NCBI RefSeq assembly: GCF_009914755.1
Contig: NC_060926.1
Direction: 5' to 3' (one strand)
Length of the DNA stretch: 64,000 nt
From: the human T2T-CHM13v2.0 reference genome, Homo sapiens
The position numbers and the translations under genes are program-made. The notes beneath the pieces are model-generated. The model did no database searches. It had not been told where the DNA came from and saw nothing but the letters and a program-made list of their open reading frames with translations. Position 1 is the first letter of the stretch. The number at the start of each line of letters is the position of its first letter. Below, piece after piece: positions 56,127 to 64,000 of the stretch.

Positions 56127-57358
56127 GTAATCAGACAGAGTAAAACACCTTGGGCAAAGTCAGCCCTCACTTTTCAGGCCTGGGAGACCAGGGCAGAGGA
56201 GGACCAGTGGGCGGAAGCTGCCAGAAGGAGGCTCTGGGGTTGAGGGACTTTTCAGAATGAGAATTTGAAGCCACCTGGCAGCTGGATGCATGAAGCCAAG
56301 GGCCACACTCTGGGTGAAGGGACCTGCATTCCGATGGCCTTGTTTTCCTGCTCACTGGCTGTGGCCGCACAAGCAGGTGCACAACCTGGCTCCCTTCCTG
56401 CAAGGGGGTTGCTCCAGAGCTGGCCGCTCTGTTCCTGCATCCTTATCTGGATGGCTGCTTGTCTCTTCCTCCAAGTGGTCAGTCGTGGTGGGACCCCTCT
56501 GAGCTGCAGCCTTGTCTCCCAGCATTGAAGACCTGGCCTATGCCTCCCTTGGAGCAGCAGAACTGCAGGGCTGGGGCTTGTCACAATGGGAAGCCCCTAA
56601 GCACCTCTCCTTGGCTGCCCCAAACTAGATTTTATAAGCCCTGGTTTCTGATCTGTGGCCCCAAGTTTAGAAAAGAATCCTCCCTGTCTCCTGGGAAAGC
56701 CAGGAGGATATTGGATCCAGGCTCCTGGTCCAGATAGCCCTGCCCTACACTGAGGGTAGAATCTAGTTTGGAGCCAAGGATTAAGACCACAGCCTGCAGG
56801 TCTGGCCTAGCAGACCTTCACTATCAGCCGCACCTTCCACTGAACTCCCTGACCCCCTTCCTCTGCTCTGCCTGGGCCAGCCCCACACTGCTGGTCTCAT
56901 GTTCTAATTGCCCCTCAGGCCCTGTCCAGATGCCCCTCCTTCATGGAGCCACCAACCACCCAGCCTCTAAAATGCTTCATTCAACCCTCTCATGTGGGTT
57001 TTTGCTAACTGCTCAACTTGAACGGTCCCTTCTCCCCATCTGGGCTGTAAGGTTCTTCAAGGTAGGGACCATGCTGTACATTGGCCTAGAACCAAGTGTA
57101 GTCCTGGAGATGGACTCTTTGTGGAGCCCTAGGAAAGGCCCCTTCACGGGATGGGAGAAAGAGTAGGATGGGAAGCTGCACCCAGCCCTGCTCCATGCCA
57201 GCCCTGCACCAGGATCTGCCCATGTTGTCTCATTTGCTCCCCACGACCACCTTGTGTGATGGACATTCTCATGACCATTTTCAAGATGAGAAACCTAAGA
57301 CTTAGAAAGGTCAAGTAGCATTGCCAAGGGTCACAAAGCTGAGAAAGGTGGCCCATGA

Positions 57359-57691
<333 letters not shown>

Positions 57692-58737
57692 TGTCTCTGG
57701 CTTTTTTGCACCACACTTTGTGCCTCCTGGGAATGGGAAGGGGTGGGAGAGGAAGGGAGCCAGCCCTGAGCCATTGTGGTTTTATAGATGGTTTCCTCTG
57801 ATGCCCACTAAAATTCCCAGACCCGAGTTGAAGCCAGGGTGAGCCTGAGTTACGATGGCAAGGACACCCCTGGTATTCATTGTGGGATCATCATCTTGGT
57901 GCTTCTCTGAAGGAAAGAAACCTTCTTGCCCAGGCTTGGCCTGCCTCCTCCTCTCCTGTGCCTTCTGCTTCTATTCTCTAAGTTTCCCCAGTCAACAGGG
58001 TCAAAGGTTGTGGGCTTCCTCGGCAGTGGGAATGTGCTGGCTGGGGCTGCTTGTGCCCCAGGATGGCCACGGCGGGCTTAAGCTGGAGGCTATTTCCTGG
58101 CTCCCCGCTGCCCCCACTCTGTGAAAAGAGGAACCCCTCCCCCCCGCCAGCAGTATAGCAGCAGGGATCTGGGAAATTGGGGACAAGGGTTGGGGGACAA
58201 GATGGGATCTCCAGGGGCTACCCCTGGAGATCTGCCACCCCAGGGGCCTCCGCTGGCTCTTCTGGGGACCCCCTGGCAGCCCAAGGAATGGAAGCCTGAG
58301 GCAGGGGGTGACATCCGGGCCCTTTTTCCATAGGGGTTTGGGGGTTGCAGCACTTCTAGTGCCCTATGAAGACCAGGCTTTCCTTGGCAGTCAGTCCACA
58401 GTCCCCACTCTCTGCCTGGCACTCTGCTGGATGTTGCTCCCCCTGGCCTGGGGAGCTTCTGGCCTTACCCACTTCAGAGAAGATAGTAGGGAGTGTGGGA
58501 GAGTTTCCAGGTCTCAGCCTGTGTGGTATGCGACCCACGTTGATCCCTCCTGCCTCTCTAGTGATGTTGGTGACTTCAGCTCTGTCTTTGGGCCTGAACC
58601 CACAGCCCCAGAGCCTGCCTGGAGTGAGGCTGTCCCATTCTCCCTGCCAGTCCTTGTGATGCTGGCCCTCTACCTCACTGGGCCCTGTGATGCTAGCCCT
58701 CTACCTTACCGGACCCTGGCCCTCTTTTGCCTTCCAG

Positions 58738-58835
58738 AGGCCTAGAAAAGGATGGCAGCTTCGGTGAGGGCCTCACCATGAAGAAGCAGAGTGGCATGCA
58801 CCTGACTTTGCCTGATGCCCATGATGCAGACTCTG
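58738..58835 (+). CDS. TTC7A: TTC7A exon 17 (98 nt; [33 protein letters not shown])
   Basis: ctcttttgccttccag|A GGC ... TCT G|gtaaga. Confidence 0.97.
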
Positions 58836-59959
58836 GTAAGAACGAGCTCCTTGGGCCACTGTGTGCATGGACCCACAGCTCACACTCCCAGCTTGAGAGC
58901 ACCAACACAGAGAGGGGCCGGGCCCTCTCCCAGCCGGGCCAAGCCCACCACTGGCTCCTTGCCAGCTCGGGCAACTTCTGGGGCTGATCTTGGCTCTGGG
59001 TAGGGGCTGGCTGCTGGTCCCACAGTGGGCAGTGGGCAGGGGAGGAACCCTGCCTCCTGCATGGGGGTGAAGAAAGAGGAGCCTGGCTGAAAAGGTGGCT
59101 GTGGAGCACAGAAACCGTTTCCCCTTAGGCTCAAGCCAGAGGCCACAGTCCACGTAATGTCCTTGGCAGATCAAGTCAAATAGAAAGGAATGGACTGAGC
59201 TCTTTACAATTCTAAGCTGAAAGCAGACTCTTTTCTGGAAAAACTCATCCTGAAACCCATGGCTTGTGAAATTCAAATGAGTTCAGGAACTGCAGACTTA
59301 ACATTTTTTAACTGAGGACCTGCTTAAAGCAGAACACCTTCATCAAAAACACAAGAATTAGTCATGGGAAAGAAGGTGTGAGTGGAGTTGTATTTAGTGG
59401 AATTGCTCAGTTTTTTCACTTCTGTAGACATGAGCCTTTCTGTGGACAAAGCCTTGCACCTTTGTTGTCAAATGACAGAGTTGATTTCAGAAGCCAAACC
59501 TAGCACCCAACTTTAGAGGCACATCTCAGGGGTGTATGGCTGTATGCAGAGCTTCTGTCTCCCAGGAGGGAATGGTTAAGGGAGGGGAGAATGGTAGCTC
59601 CCTTGCAATTAAAGAAGGAAGAATCATGAACAAAGTTATTAGGACTCCAGGTACACTTGTCTCATAAACTGAAGTCATCCGTGGTTTGCCGTGAGGTCTC
59701 CTGAGTTTATTGGAGCCTTTATTGCGTCTATGACAGAGAGAGAGAAAGTGCTCACATTTCACCTGCATGGGAATTATAAATGTCAACAGCTTATATGTCC
59801 TGAACCGGAGCCCATGTCACCCAGAACTGCCACTGAGAGAGGTTTTCCAGAGGGCAGTGTTCTGACTTGAGCTGCTATCCAGTCCTTCACAGCACAGCCT
59901 TGAATGGGTACCTTTCTACAAACAAATGAGAATATGCACTTGTGAAAACAGAAGGTGAA

Positions 59960-60295
59960 AATAGCCAAGGGAAGAAAAGAAAAATCATTCCTAATTTCAC
60001 CACTTAGACCTTAATAAATGGCCTTTCAGACTTTTTTCCATGCCCATATTTCTTTTTTATAAAAATGTGGTCCTATTCTTTTGTAACTTGCTTGTTTTCA
60101 CCTAACTATATAGTGCGAACATCTTTCTACATTGATATCTGTATTTGTATTTTGTTATTTTAATGATCGCAGAGTCTGGGATGATTATACCCCCACTTAT
60201 TTTTAATCAATCCCTATTGTTGGACACTGAGGTTATTTCTGTTGTGTTCACGTAAAGAGCATCTTTGCTGACATTATTGTTTTCCCAGGAATAGA
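59960..60295 (-). mobile_element. Old L1M fragment
   Basis: AT-rich; ttgtaacttgcttgttttcacc..aatcaatccctattgttggacact..ggttatttc typical of antisense L1M 3' ends. Confidence 0.55.
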
Positions 60296-60467
60296 TCCTA
60301 GTGGGATCTCTGCCTGATTTTCCTCCAAAGAGCTCCCCTCCCCAGCTGTGGGTGAGAGGACATAGTGGGCCCTCCCTAGTGGGTCTGTGAGCTGCTTTCT
60401 GGCTGCCCAGCCGCACCACCCTACCCTGATTCAGGGTGCCCTGTCTCCCCATGGTGCTGGGCAATGA

Positions 60468-60890
<423 letters not shown>

Positions 60891-62200
60891 TGAGAGGATT
60901 GGAGGTCCTGAGAGGCCACACAGATGGACAGTTGTCTCAGTCTCAAAAACAGGCTTCAAACCCTGGAGAGCTCAGAGAGGGGAGGTGTGGAGGCCCCAAG
61001 AAAGAGAGGGCTGGGGGTAGAATTCATTGAAGATGGAGGAAAGACTGGTAACTTTGAGGTTGCCATTCAGGTGACAGTCCCTCTTGGTAACTAAGTGATA
61101 CCATTGCCACCAGGCGTCTGAAGGCCAGCCAGTGTTGGGGAGGCAGGCTGTAGGAAGCCTGGCTCCAGAGTTCCACAGACCTGGGTTCTGAAAGCAGCCC
61201 ACAGCTGGCTAGCCCTGATCTGAAACGAGCCAATGTGTGACACAGTCAGGGTGGCCATTACAAGTGCTCAGCAAAAGGTGTTTGGCTTCCGTCTCGTCCA
61301 TGGCAGTCATGGTGGAGGAAGAGGCAGCATGGCCCCACGGACAGCGAGTGTCTTAACACCGGCTTATGAATGCCCGGGAGGGACTCGCTGCCAAGAGTTT
61401 TGAAAATTTACCCTGACAGTAGTGTGAGAGGTAGATCAGAGTGGAAAGAGAGAGAGCCAAAGCCAAAGATGACAAGTGCCTGAATGAAATAAAATGGCAG
61501 CAGAAGACAGAGGAGGAGGATAGGCTAAATGGACCCCTAAAGTACCCCAGGCCAACACAACCCCTTGGCCTAGAGCTGCCCACGTGAAGTTCTGGGCCCA
61601 GGAGTACCTCTTGCATTTTCTCTGATTACCCTCCTCTCTGCTCCTTCTCCATCATGGGGGTGTGCTATTGTCCCCAGGGGGGGAGTTGGAGAAGAAACCG
61701 AAAGTTGATGATCTCTTACTGGGACATGGGGATTTGGTAAGTCAGAGTCCGAATATGCTTGTTAGCTGAGAATCTAAGGTTTCCCACTGCATGTTCCTCA
61801 CATACGGCACATTAGTATGCAGTACGCCCCCACTCTCCCCACTGTAGGTTCTGAATCTGCAAAAAACATTGGATAGGATTCACAGGAAGGCTAGACATGG
61901 GAGCACTTTAACAATGCAGAAACTGTCCCAGTTAGCATCTCGGGGTCCCTTCGGATGCTGGGGGTGGGCGGAGGCTGCACTTGCTCCACAGTCAGCTTGT
62001 TGGGTTTTAAGTAGGAAGAGGGATGTTGAAAAATCCAGAGGAATAATAAACAAGGCCTCGCCTTAGGCAAAGGTTCCCGTCGTCTTCTAAGATTCTAATG
62101 ACTTCTAAGACTAAAATAATGACTTCCAACTTCCAAGGGGCCGCATGGAGCCCCAGCCCCCACAGCTTCGCACCCATGATGGGGGCTTCACCAGCTTTAA

Positions 62201-62666
<466 letters not shown>

Positions 62667-62959
62667 TGATTTGTCTTGTTTGTTTACTACCATCATCACA
62701 AGCTTGCTTGCAGTTCTCAGGTTGTATATTGCTTTATACTAGGGATGTTAGCATGTGCTGATAACTCCAAGTAAGGTTAAAGGCCCTCCTGAAGCCAGTA
62801 ATTAGACTTGGGAATGTCAAGAGAAACACATGCCTTTCAGTCATTTGCACATGAGCCTTTCTTCTTTGGTCATTGTCTTAGATATTCACTCCACAGAAGA
62901 GAACTCCGAGAACAGCATCTGAATGCTTTGAATGTGGCGCTGCATCAGGGTCAGGCAGT

Positions 62960-63710
<751 letters not shown>

Positions 63711-64000
63711 CAGGAAAGGAACATGAGAAGGTGTCCTAGTTCTTTCATTCTGAGCATGAGAGAATTCCAGGGTAATTTGCACCCCCTGAGCCCTCTCCCC
63801 TCCCCTGGCTGCCATCATCACTAGCAAGCATCTACCAAGCACCTGTTGAATGGAGGGCTGCCAGGACCAGATCACCAGGGCAATGATCTCCCTAAACCGC
63901 CTCCCCCACCTGACCCAGGCTAAGAATACAATCAGCATCCCCCCGCCAAACCCTGCCTAATGACTCCACCAGCTGCAGCAAATTTGCAGGAAGGGAAAAA

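Overview
Human (primate) genomic DNA, mostly intronic, lying inside TTC7A (TPR scaffold subunit of the PI4KIIIalpha complex) on the + strand. I traced 13 GT-AG coding exons (numbered 6-18 from my recollection of the 858-aa isoform). They splice into one open frame of 1388 nt (about G255-A718), and there is an in-frame 72-nt cassette exon in intron 16. The introns carry about 17 Alu/FLAM copies, many MIR/L2 fragments, DNA transposons (MER5, MER58A, MADE2), LTR remnants and simple repeats. Nearly all ORFs in the supplied track are spurious. I find no prokaryote-type system (CRISPR, operon, etc.) and cannot support a new gene. The best leads are cis-regulatory: a 29-nt exact duplication of the exon-14 branch point/pyrimidine tract feeding a cryptic micro- or poison exon, a tandem-duplicated branch region at exon 17, four full RFX X-boxes, further candidate poison exons, and a tiny polyadenylated LTR retrocopy. 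All of these are hypotheses from reading the sequence by eye. Repeat subfamily names and exon/cDNA numbering are from memory.
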